A DNA stretch of 61,577 bases, the filler included. It is 8 parts of 8 records of this genome, joined end to end, with 100 filler letters (N's around TTAATTAATTAA, not from the genome) between each part and the next. Parts side by side here need not be neighbours in the genome. Positions count along the whole stretch, not along the records: positions 32,913 to 39,066 come from SRR31156797_40371; positions 39,167 to 46,484 come from SRR31156797_40377; positions 46,585 to 55,071 come from SRR31156797_40381; 5 more parts are not named here. One strand, given 5' to 3'. Each line of letters begins with the position of its first letter. The stretch's first letter is position 1. The position numbers and the translations under genes are program-made. Shown piece after piece: positions 36,990-46,608 of this stretch. The notes beneath the pieces were generated by a model, which saw nothing but the letters and a program-made list of their open reading frames with translations, had not been told where the DNA came from and ran no database searches.

Positions 36990-37865
36990 CTATTTTATTA
37001 GATACATTATTATTGGAAGTAAAAACAATATACAAATCGTACTTGAAGCAGTCATTACTGCTATTTCTTTATGTGGCCCATTGAAACTAAGTGCAAATAG
37101 GTAGCTTGTCGTAGCTATTGGCATAGAATATTGAATCAATAATGTTGAAATTATGATATTTTCAAAATCTCCAAATAAATACAATGAATAAACAATTGCA
37201 AATCCTAATAACACACGAACTATACCCATTCTTATGGCTTTAAAGTTTTCCCCAATTTTTATACCAACTAGTGAAGAACCAAATGCAATAAGCATTAATG
37301 GAATTACAATTCCACCAAGCATTTTACATACATCTTCTATGATAAATGGAACATCTGTTCCTGTTCCTTTGAAAAATAAAGCTAAAGCAAGCGCATATAT
37401 TACAGGAGTTTGTAAAGCTTTTTTCAAATTAAAAGAATTGTTCGCTAACCATAGTCCAATAGTAAAATGATATACATTTATTAAAATAGAAAATGTAATA
37501 GCGTAAACAAAAGCAGTTTGACCTAATAATACATATACTATTGGAATTCCAAGACCACCAGTGTTTGGGAAAATAAAGCTTTGTAAAAATGGTCTAATTT
37601 CTTTTTTTTCAATTTTTAAATAGATAATAGTAAAAACTGTACAAATGATTACTAGCAATGTTCCATAGATAAGTATTGTTATCATATTATCAAGAGTTAA
37701 ATCTTTATTGTTAATTGATGCAATTAGCAAAGCTGGAGTTCCAAGGTTCATAAGTAGTGAACTTATCATATCTTTATCAAAAGGTAACTCTTTTTTCTTC
37801 CAAATATACCCAATAATAATTAGTATAATAATTGGCATAAGTTTATTAAATAGTAAATCAATCAA
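36990..37865 (-). CDS. AEC (auxin efflux carrier) family transporter
   Basis: GTPALL, FPNTGGLGIP and MPIA motifs; TTG start at 37865 after AAAGG. Confidence 0.88.
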   Translation of the reverse strand: MIDLLFNKLMPIIILIIIGYIWKKKELPFDKDMISSLLMNLGTPALLIASINNKDLTLDNMITILIYGTLLVIICTVFTIIYLKIEKKEIRPFLQSFIFPNTGGLGIPIVYVLLGQTAFVYAITFSILINVYHFTIGLWLANNSFNLKKALQTPVIYALALALFFKGTGTDVPFIIEDVCKMLGGIVIPLMLIAFGSSLVGIKIGENFKAIRMGIVRVLLGFAIVYSLYLFGDFENIIISTLLIQYSMPIATTSYLFALSFNGPHKEIAVMTASSTICILFLLPIIMYLIK

Positions 37866-37941
37866 AATACAACCTTTATTTTTTGTAACTATAAAATATT
37901 TTATGTATAATGTCAAATAATATAAAGTCATATAGTATATA

Positions 37942-38775
37942 ATGGATAGTAATATGGAATCAACACTTTTAAAAGTTTTTGTAGCAGTAGCAAATAAAAA
38001 ATCAATATCATTAGGGGCTCAAACTCTAAACTTCACACAGTCAAATGTAACTAATAGAATTAAACAATTAGAAAAGAATTTAGGATATCTTTTATTTCAT
38101 AGAGTTCCTTCTGGGGTTATATTGACAAAAGAGGGAGAAAAGCTTTATCCCTTGGCAGTAGAGATTGTTAAAAAAGTTGAAGAAGCACAATTAAAAATGC
38201 AAAATATAAACTTTCAAGAAACATTGAGAATTGGTTCTGGACAAGCAAATGTTGCATTAAGACTATTACCTTTTATTAATAAACTAACTAAAAAATTTCC
38301 AAATATGGAGTTAGAATTTTATGTTAATGCTAATCCCCAAATATTAGAGAAGCTTTTGGATTATAAACTTGATATTGCATTTATTACTGATTTCCCAAAC
38401 CATAGTGATTTAATTTCTTTAAAAAGTTTTGATGATGATTTATTTTTAATAGAGCCAAAATTTAAAAATTATGCTAACTGTTTAATCGGGTACAAGAAAG
38501 ACAGTTCCCATTATAAGTTTTTAGTAGAGCATGAAAAATCTAATGATAACAATGAATTTAAAACTATATTTATTGAAAACTATGAAGTGATGTTAGGTTG
38601 TGTAAAAAACGGCATGGGAAAAGCCTATGTATCAAAAAAAATAATAGAAAAATATGGATATATGAATAAGTTAAATTTAACTAAACTTGAAAATGAACAC
38701 AAAACTCACTTAGTATGTAGAAAAGATTACATCCCTTTAATCAGCAGTTATTTAAAGAAAATCCAATTAATTTAA
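37942..38775 (+). CDS. LysR family transcriptional regulator
   Basis: TQSNVTNRIKQLEKNLG..LF.R HTH; divergent from the AEC transporter. Confidence 0.93.
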   Translation: MDSNMESTLLKVFVAVANKKSISLGAQTLNFTQSNVTNRIKQLEKNLGYLLFHRVPSGVILTKEGEKLYPLAVEIVKKVEEAQLKMQNINFQETLRIGSGQANVALRLLPFINKLTKKFPNMELEFYVNANPQILEKLLDYKLDIAFITDFPNHSDLISLKSFDDDLFLIEPKFKNYANCLIGYKKDSSHYKFLVEHEKSNDNNEFKTIFIENYEVMLGCVKNGMGKAYVSKKIIEKYGYMNKLNLTKLENEHKTHLVCRKDYIPLISSYLKKIQLI

Positions 38776-39065
38776 CTATAAGAATAATTTGACAACTCAA
38801 TTAGGTTTTTATCAGGATCTCTTAAATATATTGATTTTATTGCTCCTGTTGCGCCTGTTCTTTCTACAATACTTTCTTCTATATTTATGTTGTTGTTTTC
38901 TAGATAAATAATTATATCTTCCAATTTTTGTTCAACTATAAAACATAAATCAGCACTACCATCTTTTACATTAAATGCTTTAGGCTCAAATTCATTTCCA
39001 AGTTTATGTAGATTTATTTTCTGATTCCCAAATCTCAAAGCAACTCTTGTTTCTTTAAAAATCTC
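38772..39065 (-). CDS. VOC/glyoxalase family protein, 5' truncated
   Basis: FGNQKINLH, GSADLCF and SIYLRDPDKNLIEL motifs. Confidence 0.9.
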   Translation of the reverse strand, partial: EIFKETRVALRFGNQKINLHKLGNEFEPKAFNVKDGSADLCFIVEQKLEDIIIYLENNNINIEESIVERTGATGAIKSIYLRDPDKNLIELSNYSYS

Positions 39066-39066
39066 T

Positions 39067-39166
39067 NNNNNNNNNNNNNNNNNNNNNNNNNNNNNNNNNN
39101 NNNNNNNNNNTTAATTAATTAANNNNNNNNNNNNNNNNNNNNNNNNNNNNNNNNNNNNNNNNNNNN
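39067..39166. other. Artificial contig spacer
   Basis: N44-TTAATTAATTAA-N44. Confidence 0.99.
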
Positions 39167-39282
39167 ATTAAGAGTTTTTAATAGATTAGACTACTACTAA
39201 AAATTATATTAACTATTATTAAACTATAAAACCATAACTTTTCGATATACTATATCCTTTAATTTTATAGGATATATACAAA

Positions 39283-42099
39283 ATGACAGAAACTATCAAA
39301 GTATTTAAAGCAAATGAAAATAATCTAAAAAACATAGACCTAGAGATCCCTAAAAATAAACTTATCGTTTTTACAGGACTCAGTGGAAGTGGAAAGTCAA
39401 CCCTTGCATTTGACACTCTTTATGCAGAGGGGCAAAGAAGATATATAGAATCTCTCTCAGCCTATGCACGACAGTTTTTAGGGAAAATAGGGAAGCCTGA
39501 TGTGGAGAGAATAGAGGGGTTAACTCCTGCAATTGCTATCGATCAAAAGACAACTTCTAAAAATCCACGTTCTACTGTTGGAACAATCACTGAGATATAT
39601 GATTATCTAAGACTTTTATATGCAAGAGTTGGAAAGCAACATTGTCATAAGTGTGGTGAACCTATTTCTCAAATGTCAAGTTCAGATGTTATTGATCAGG
39701 TATTAAAATTACCAGAAAACTCTAAGATAGTTATTATGGCACCTTTAATAAATAGAAAAAAAGGAACTTTTGCCGATCTTTTTGAAAGCTTACGAGCCAA
39801 AGGGTATGTAAGAGCACAAGTTGATGGGGTAATGGTAAGGCTTGATGATGAGATTGAACTTGGAAAGTCTCAGATGCATACTATTAAAGTAGTAATCGAT
39901 AGAGTTGTAGTCAAAGAGGAAAATAAACAAAGAATCGCTGAAGATGTGGAAAAAGGTCTTAAAGAGGCTTTTGGTGAGCTTGAAGTGGAAGTGATGAACT
40001 ATGAAGAAGTAGGGTGTGAGAAGCATATTCACTACTCTGAACATATGGCGTGTTTTGATTGTAAGATATCGTTTGAGCCACTAGAGCCTCTTAGTTTTTC
40101 ATTTAACTCACCAAAAGGTGCCTGTAATGCTTGTGATGGTTTAGGTATCCGATATACCCTTGATATGAAAAAAGTAATTGATGAAGAACTGAGCGTTGAT
40201 GATGGAGCTGTAAAGATCATCTATGGATTTAACAAAGGGTATTACTTTAAGATGTTAAAAGCGTATTGTGAGGGAGCTGGTATTGATACTAGTAAACCTT
40301 TTAAAGAGCTTGATTCTCATGAACGAGGAAAAATACTCAATGGTGGAGTAGAAGAAGCAAAATTTACTTGGAAACGGCATAAACTTACTCGTAAATGGGA
40401 GGGGGTGATCAAGATCGCTTACGATATGGTCAAAGATGAAAAAGATATGGAATCTTTTATGACTGAAAAAGTGTGTGATGTATGTGGTGGACATAGACTA
40501 AAAGCTCCATCACTTGCAGTAAAGGTTGCAAGTAGTGGTATTGCTAATATTTTGGATATGCCGATTGAGCAAAGTCATGCATTTTTCCAAGATGAGAAAA
40601 ACTTTGAATATTTTAACAATCAAGAAGAGATGATCTCAGCTCCTATTTTAAAAGAGATCCGAGAGAGAATTTTCTTTTTATATGATGTAGGTCTTGGATA
40701 TATTACTCTTGGGCGTGATGCTAGAACTATTAGTGGAGGGGAAGCTCAAAGAATTAGAGTAGCTTCTCAAATTGGTTCAGGACTAACTGGAGTAATGTAT
40801 GTACTAGATGAACCGTCTATTGGACTTCATGAAAGAGATACTGCAAAACTTATCAAAACTCTTAAAGCCTTACAAGAAAAAGGAAACACTGTAATCGTAG
40901 TTGAACATGATAAAGAGACTATGGAAGCAGCTGATTTTATTGTAGATATTGGACCAAATGCAGGAAAGTTTGGTGGAGAGGTTGTATTTGCTGGAAGTAT
41001 GAAAGATCTTCTTAAAAAGAAGACTTTAACGGCTCAGTATTTGAATGGAACTAAAAAGATAGAGTATTTTCACAGACGACCACAAGACGAGTTTATCACT
41101 ATTAAAGATGTAAATCTGAATAATATCAAAGATCTTGACGTAAAAATTCCTCTTAAAAACCTTTGTGCGATCACAGGAGTAAGTGGAAGTGGAAAGTCTT
41201 CATTGATCTTACACACACTTTTACCTGTTGCAAAAGAGCTTTTAAATCATGCAAAAAAAGTACAAAAGGTAGATGGTGTAAGTATTGATGGACTTGATAA
41301 ACTTGATAAGGTTATCTATCTTGATCAATCTCCAATTGGTAGAACACCACGATCAAACCCTGCAACATATACGGGAGTAATGGATGATATTAGAAAGCTT
41401 TTTGTTGAAACAAAAGAAGCAAAGCTTCGAGGGTATGCTCCTGGGAGATTTAGTTTTAATGTAAAAGGTGGACGATGTGAGAAATGTCAAGGGGAAGGGG
41501 AGCTCAAGATCGAGATGCACTTCTTACCTGATATTATGGTCAAATGTGAAGACTGTAATGGAGCTAGATATAATCCTCAAACATTAGAGATACTTTATAA
41601 AGGAAAATCGATCTCAGACGTTCTTAATATGTCTATAGAAGAAGCGTATGAGTTCTTTGTAAAAGTTCCTAAGCTTCAACAAAAACTTAAAACGCTTCTA
41701 GACGTTGGTCTTGGATATATTACATTAGGGCAAAATGCAGTCACACTTAGTGGTGGTGAAGCTCAAAGAATTAAGCTAAGTAAAGAGCTTAGTAAAAAAG
41801 ATACAGGAAATACTCTGTATGTATTGGATGAGCCTACTACAGGGCTTCATTTTGCCGATGTGGATAGATTGACTAAAGTATTACATCATCTTGTAGAACT
41901 TGGAAATAGTGTGATTGTGATTGAGCATAACCTAGATGTGGTTAAAAATGCAGATTATGTAATAGATATGGGACCAGAGGGCGGAGCTAAAGGTGGAAAA
42001 GTGATCGCTGAGGGTACACCAGAAGAATTAGCAAATAACCACAAAAAAACAAAAAGTTATACAGGGTATTATTTAGAAAAAGAATTGGAAGGAAAATAA
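39283..42099 (+). CDS. uvrA: Excinuclease ABC subunit A (canonical)
   Basis: 938 aa; GLSGSGKS, AEGQRRY, UvrB-binding region present, two ABC modules. Confidence 0.97.
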   Translation: MTETIKVFKANENNLKNIDLEIPKNKLIVFTGLSGSGKSTLAFDTLYAEGQRRYIESLSAYARQFLGKIGKPDVERIEGLTPAIAIDQKTTSKNPRSTVGTITEIYDYLRLLYARVGKQHCHKCGEPISQMSSSDVIDQVLKLPENSKIVIMAPLINRKKGTFADLFESLRAKGYVRAQVDGVMVRLDDEIELGKSQMHTIKVVIDRVVVKEENKQRIAEDVEKGLKEAFGELEVEVMNYEEVGCEKHIHYSEHMACFDCKISFEPLEPLSFSFNSPKGACNACDGLGIRYTLDMKKVIDEELSVDDGAVKIIYGFNKGYYFKMLKAYCEGAGIDTSKPFKELDSHERGKILNGGVEEAKFTWKRHKLTRKWEGVIKIAYDMVKDEKDMESFMTEKVCDVCGGHRLKAPSLAVKVASSGIANILDMPIEQSHAFFQDEKNFEYFNNQEEMISAPILKEIRERIFFLYDVGLGYITLGRDARTISGGEAQRIRVASQIGSGLTGVMYVLDEPSIGLHERDTAKLIKTLKALQEKGNTVIVVEHDKETMEAADFIVDIGPNAGKFGGEVVFAGSMKDLLKKKTLTAQYLNGTKKIEYFHRRPQDEFITIKDVNLNNIKDLDVKIPLKNLCAITGVSGSGKSSLILHTLLPVAKELLNHAKKVQKVDGVSIDGLDKLDKVIYLDQSPIGRTPRSNPATYTGVMDDIRKLFVETKEAKLRGYAPGRFSFNVKGGRCEKCQGEGELKIEMHFLPDIMVKCEDCNGARYNPQTLEILYKGKSISDVLNMSIEEAYEFFVKVPKLQQKLKTLLDVGLGYITLGQNAVTLSGGEAQRIKLSKELSKKDTGNTLYVLDEPTTGLHFADVDRLTKVLHHLVELGNSVIVIEHNLDVVKNADYVIDMGPEGGAKGGKVIAEGTPEELANNHKKTKSYTGYYLEKELEGK

Positions 42100-42100
42100 A

Positions 42101-44095
42101 ATGTTTAAAGATTTTAAATTTAGTGATTTAGAAGATAAAATACAAGAAGAAAAGTTTAAAAATAGTGCTAAAGAATTAGAAGAGATTATTGAAGCAAATA
42201 AGAAAAAGCTAGAGGATCTTTTAGAAATAGGGGAGAAGACTTATGAGAATTTCGTCGTTCCTTATCAACAAATGGCAGAAGAGTTAGAGCAATTCTGTAC
42301 ACCAATATTCCATCTAGATAGTGTAAAAAATAGTGAATTAACTCAAAAAGTATATGATGAGTGTTTACCTTTAATCTCCATTTATACTTCACAGTTAAGT
42401 TCAAATGAAGATGTTTATAGCTCTTTTAAAGATATACAGTATAAGTATAATAGTACATTAAGTATTGAACAACAAAAAGTTTTAGAAAATGAGATCAGAG
42501 ATTTTAAACTTGGTGGATGTGGGTTAAGTCTTATACAAAAACAAGAGCTAGAAAAGCTTAATTTAGAGATGAGTGAGCTAGGGAAAAAGTTCTCTCAAAA
42601 TCTTTTAAATGCAACCAATGCTTGGGAGATGATCTTAGAAGAGTATGAAGATGTAAAAGAGATACCTAAGAGTGATCTTGAAGCTGCAAAGTTTACAGAT
42701 GAGGATGGAAAAGAAAAATATAAGTTTACTTTACAGATGCCATCATATATTGCTTATATCACTTATGGATCAAATAGAGCTAAAAGAGAAGAGATCTATA
42801 AAGCATATTGTACAAGAGCACCTGAAAACTCTAAGCTGATAGAGAGAATCTTAGAGCTTCGTAAGCAAGAAGCAGAACTATTAGGCTTTAAAAACTTTGC
42901 AGAGCTTTCTTTAGCAACAAAGATGGCAAACAGTGAAGATGAAGTGATAGATTTCCTATATGAGCTTGCAAAGCACGCTAAACCTAAAGCAAAAGAGGAG
43001 CTTGAAGAGGTTAGGGCATTCGCAAAAGAGTTTGATGGCTTAGAGGATCTACAAAGCTATGATACAGCTTATTACAGTCAAAAACTAAAAGAGAAGCAAT
43101 ATGATATAGATGATGAGTATTATCGGCCATATTTTGAAAAGAATACTGTTTTAAAAGGATTATTCGATTTTTTAAAACGAGTATTTGGGATAGAGTTTAC
43201 AAAAGTAGATGTTGATGTTTGGGATCCAAAAGCGCAAATCTATGAAATAAAAGAAGAGGGCAAAGCTATTGCTAGACTTTATGTGGACTTAGAAGCGAGA
43301 AAAGACAAAAGAGGGGGTGCATGGATGAATAACTGGCATACTCACTCTAAAATAGATGGTAAAGAGGAGCTTGCAACAGCTTATATCGTGTGTAACTTTC
43401 CAACCTCTAGTGAAACATCTCCATCACTTCTAAGACATGATGATGTAACAACCCTCTTTCATGAGATGGGACATGCTTTACATCATATGTTAAGTAAAGT
43501 AGAACAACCTTTTGTAAGTGGGATCAATGGCGTTGCTTGGGATACTGTGGAGTTCCCCTCTCAGTTCTTAGAGTATTTTGCATATGATAAAGAGGTGTTA
43601 CAAATGTTTGCAATACATTATCAAACGAATACCGTTTTAGATGATGAGGCTATTGAAAAACTCATACGTGCTAGAAATTTCCAATCATCATTATCAACTC
43701 TTAGACAAGTAGAGTTTGCACTGTTTGATTTTAAACTCCATCAAAGCTTATACAAGGAGGATGAAGTACAGCCATTATTAGATAGTATAAGAGATGAGAT
43801 ATCAGTGATGTTACCACCAGCTTATAATAGCTTTCAAAATGGTTTTGCCCATATTTTTGCAGGTGGATATGCTGCTGGATACTACAGTTATAAATGGGCG
43901 GAAGTGTTAAGCGCAGATGCTTTTTATATGTTTATTGAAAATGGGGTTTTAAATGAACACTTAGCTATAAAATATAAAGATATTGTACTAGGTAAGGGTG
44001 GTAGTGTAGATATGAATATCCTCTTTAAAGATTTTACAAATGGAAAAGAACCTGATGTAAAATCCTTACTTAAGATTGATGGAATTATCAGTTAA
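42101..44095 (+). CDS. prlC: M3 family oligopeptidase A
   Basis: KRGGAWM, FHEMGHALH, WD.VEFPSQ and GGYAAGYYSY.W motifs. Confidence 0.9.
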   Translation: MFKDFKFSDLEDKIQEEKFKNSAKELEEIIEANKKKLEDLLEIGEKTYENFVVPYQQMAEELEQFCTPIFHLDSVKNSELTQKVYDECLPLISIYTSQLSSNEDVYSSFKDIQYKYNSTLSIEQQKVLENEIRDFKLGGCGLSLIQKQELEKLNLEMSELGKKFSQNLLNATNAWEMILEEYEDVKEIPKSDLEAAKFTDEDGKEKYKFTLQMPSYIAYITYGSNRAKREEIYKAYCTRAPENSKLIERILELRKQEAELLGFKNFAELSLATKMANSEDEVIDFLYELAKHAKPKAKEELEEVRAFAKEFDGLEDLQSYDTAYYSQKLKEKQYDIDDEYYRPYFEKNTVLKGLFDFLKRVFGIEFTKVDVDVWDPKAQIYEIKEEGKAIARLYVDLEARKDKRGGAWMNNWHTHSKIDGKEELATAYIVCNFPTSSETSPSLLRHDDVTTLFHEMGHALHHMLSKVEQPFVSGINGVAWDTVEFPSQFLEYFAYDKEVLQMFAIHYQTNTVLDDEAIEKLIRARNFQSSLSTLRQVEFALFDFKLHQSLYKEDEVQPLLDSIRDEISVMLPPAYNSFQNGFAHIFAGGYAAGYYSYKWAEVLSADAFYMFIENGVLNEHLAIKYKDIVLGKGGSVDMNILFKDFTNGKEPDVKSLLKIDGIIS

Positions 44096-44143
44096 ATTTC
44101 GTTAATATTCAAGATATTTTAAAAAGTTTAAAGGGCTATTTTT

Positions 44144-44623
44144 ATGGAAGAAAACAATACGATCATACAATTAAATGAAGCATTAGGTGAGCTTTTAGAT
44201 GCTTACGATAAATTAAAAAGTGAGAATGAAGCTTTAGAAGCAAAGCTAGAAGAAGTGATTGAGACAAAGAATCAAGAGATTGAAGATTTAACAGAACAAA
44301 ATGAAGCGTTAGAAGAAAAAGTTGATTCTTTAACTTCTACTACTAAACACCATTCAAGTGAACTTGACACAATGCTTGGTCGTATTAAGTCTACATTAGG
44401 TTCATCGTTGGAGAAAAAAGAGATTACACAAGAGACTATGGTAGATGAAGATCTAAATAGTTCTGTACAAGTAAGCGATGAAGAAGAGATAGCTGAAGAA
44501 ACATCAGATGAATCTTCTGAAAATGATTCTACACAAGAAGAGCGGCAAGAGCCTAAAAAAGAAGGAAGTAAAGAGATAGACCTAGGAAGAATGCAATCAC
44601 TTCTAAACGGTTTTAATAGCTAA
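44144..44623 (+). CDS. Coiled-coil hypothetical protein with acidic tail
   Basis: Heptad pattern over about 85 aa, acidic linker, short amphipathic end. Confidence 0.7.
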   Translation: MEENNTIIQLNEALGELLDAYDKLKSENEALEAKLEEVIETKNQEIEDLTEQNEALEEKVDSLTSTTKHHSSELDTMLGRIKSTLGSSLEKKEITQETMVDEDLNSSVQVSDEEEIAEETSDESSENDSTQEERQEPKKEGSKEIDLGRMQSLLNGFNS

Positions 44624-44624
44624 T

Positions 44625-44900
44625 TTGATCTTTTTACTGGATTATCAACATTTCTGTCAAACTTTTGACATCAATAGTTTCGATCAAATTGAAAATAAGA
44701 TCGATTCTATGGCACCATCTATTGTAGAGTATTATTTAAGTGATCTAGCATCTACAGTAGATACAAATGTATCTCTTAATTATTCTAGTGTTCAGTATAG
44801 AGTAAATATAGGAGAATACTGTTTAATGCTTGATTATGGAGATAATGTCTATTTAGAGTTTACTGAAAGCCAAGACGATGATACAGAATCACTATGGTAA
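44625..44900 (+). CDS. Hypothetical protein
   Basis: 91 aa, TTG start coupled to the upstream stop. Confidence 0.6.
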   Translation: MIFLLDYQHFCQTFDINSFDQIENKIDSMAPSIVEYYLSDLASTVDTNVSLNYSSVQYRVNIGEYCLMLDYGDNVYLEFTESQDDDTESLW

Positions 44901-44984
44901 GAATCTTTTTTGTAGAGAATTTATATTATGTTAACCAAATATAGTATATTTATTTTGGAATGTCAATATACAATAAGGCCTTGA

Positions 44985-45335
44985 ATGACTGAAACACTTT
45001 TTGTTTACGGCACTCTTATGCCAAACTGTCCCAATGGATATGTATTAGAAAATATTGTTGGTAAATTTACTCCCGCCATTGTACGAGGCAATCTTAAAAA
45101 TGCTGGGTGGAGTGCAAGTATGGGATATCCTGGAATTCATTTAGATGAACAAGGTGATATTGTACATGGATTTCTTTTTAGTTCAAATAACCTTTGTAAC
45201 CACTGGGATTATCTTGATGAGTTTGAGGGAAAAGAGTTTGAACGTCAAGCTGTTACTATTGAAACATATGATGAAATTCTAGTAGATACTTATATCTATG
45301 TTTTAAAAGCAGAAGAGGATATTATCGAAGAATAG
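44985..45335 (+). CDS. Gamma-glutamylcyclotransferase (AIG2-like) family protein
   Basis: LFVYGTL, GYPG and LDEFEG motifs. Confidence 0.9.
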   Translation: MTETLFVYGTLMPNCPNGYVLENIVGKFTPAIVRGNLKNAGWSASMGYPGIHLDEQGDIVHGFLFSSNNLCNHWDYLDEFEGKEFERQAVTIETYDEILVDTYIYVLKAEEDIIEE

Positions 45336-45340
45336 GTTAT

Positions 45341-46483
45341 TTAGATAAGTATCTCCCTATTCCCTTTTGCATTAGCTTCAGATAAAACTCCTGTTTGCTC
45401 TAACTGTTCGATAATAGTAGCTGATCTATTGTACCCTATTTTCAATCTTCTTTGTAAGTAACTAATTGAGCTTTTTTTATCTTGTAAAACAACCATTTTA
45501 GCTTCTTCGTATAGTTCATCAAGATCTCCAACACTAAGTGGTGCATCTCCTGAACTTGTAAAATCAGAGTTTTGATCTTTTAAAAAACTTACATCATAGT
45601 TTGCTTCTCTTTGTTCTTTTAAGAATTCAACTACTTCTTCAATTTCACTTTCATCACTCCATGGAGCATGAACACGAACTATACTACTAGAACCTGGAGG
45701 AGTAAATAACATATCCCCACGTCCAAGAAGTGACTCAGCCCCTTGAGAATCTAAGATGATCTTACTATCAACTTTTTGCCCTACTTTATAACTGATTCTA
45801 CTAGGAAGGTTCGCTTTAATAAGTCCTGTTACAACATCAACTGATGGTCTTTGAGTAGCTACAATTAAGTGAATCCCTGAAGCTCTTGCCATTTGAGCAA
45901 GTCTTGCAATTGAAAGTTCTACTTCTTTTCCACTTGTCATCATAAGGTCAGCTAACTCATCTATGATTACTACTATATAAGGAAACTCTTCATATCCGTT
46001 TTTTCTAGCTTTTTCATTGTAGTTTTCGATGTTTTTTGTTCTTGTATCAGCCATCATTGCATATCTTTTTTCCATTTCAGCTACCATATTTGCTAGTGCA
46101 TTAATAGCTTCAGTTGGTTTTGTGATAACTGGAGTTAAAAGATGTGGAATATCATTATATATAGAAAACTCTAGCATTTTTGGATCGATCATAATAAGTT
46201 TTAGATTATCAGGAGAATTTTTATAAAGCATTGAAAGAATCATACCATTTAGTCCGACACTCTTTCCACTTCCTGTAGTTCCAGCGATTAAAAGGTGAGG
46301 AAGCTTTTTAAGGTCAGTAATAAATGGATTACCAACAATATCTTTCCCTAAGATCATAGTAAGTGGTGATGAGGCATCTTGGAACAATTTACTTTCAAGT
46401 ATTTCTCTAATATAAATAGTTTGAGTCTCTTCATTTGGAACTTCAATTCCCACTACATCTTTTCCTGGAATTGGAGCTTGAAT
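45341..46483 (-). CDS. ftsK: DNA translocase FtsK, 5' truncated
   Basis: AGTTGSGKS, IDELADLMM, ATQRPSVDV and gamma domain LQRRLKIGYNR. Confidence 0.96.
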   Translation of the reverse strand: MQAPIPGKDVVGIEVPNEETQTIYIREILESKLFQDASSPLTMILGKDIVGNPFITDLKKLPHLLIAGTTGSGKSVGLNGMILSMLYKNSPDNLKLIMIDPKMLEFSIYNDIPHLLTPVITKPTEAINALANMVAEMEKRYAMMADTRTKNIENYNEKARKNGYEEFPYIVVIIDELADLMMTSGKEVELSIARLAQMARASGIHLIVATQRPSVDVVTGLIKANLPSRISYKVGQKVDSKIILDSQGAESLLGRGDMLFTPPGSSSIVRVHAPWSDESEIEEVVEFLKEQREANYDVSFLKDQNSDFTSSGDAPLSVGDLDELYEEAKMVVLQDKKSSISYLQRRLKIGYNRSATIIEQLEQTGVLSEANAKGNREILI

Positions 46484-46484
46484 T

Positions 46485-46584
46485 NNNNNNNNNNNNNNNN
46501 NNNNNNNNNNNNNNNNNNNNNNNNNNNNTTAATTAATTAANNNNNNNNNNNNNNNNNNNNNNNNNNNNNNNNNNNNNNNNNNNN
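46485..46584. other. Artificial contig spacer
   Basis: N44-TTAATTAATTAA-N44. Confidence 0.99.
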
Positions 46585-46608
46585 TGCGCGGGCATTAGGT
46601 GATGGTGA

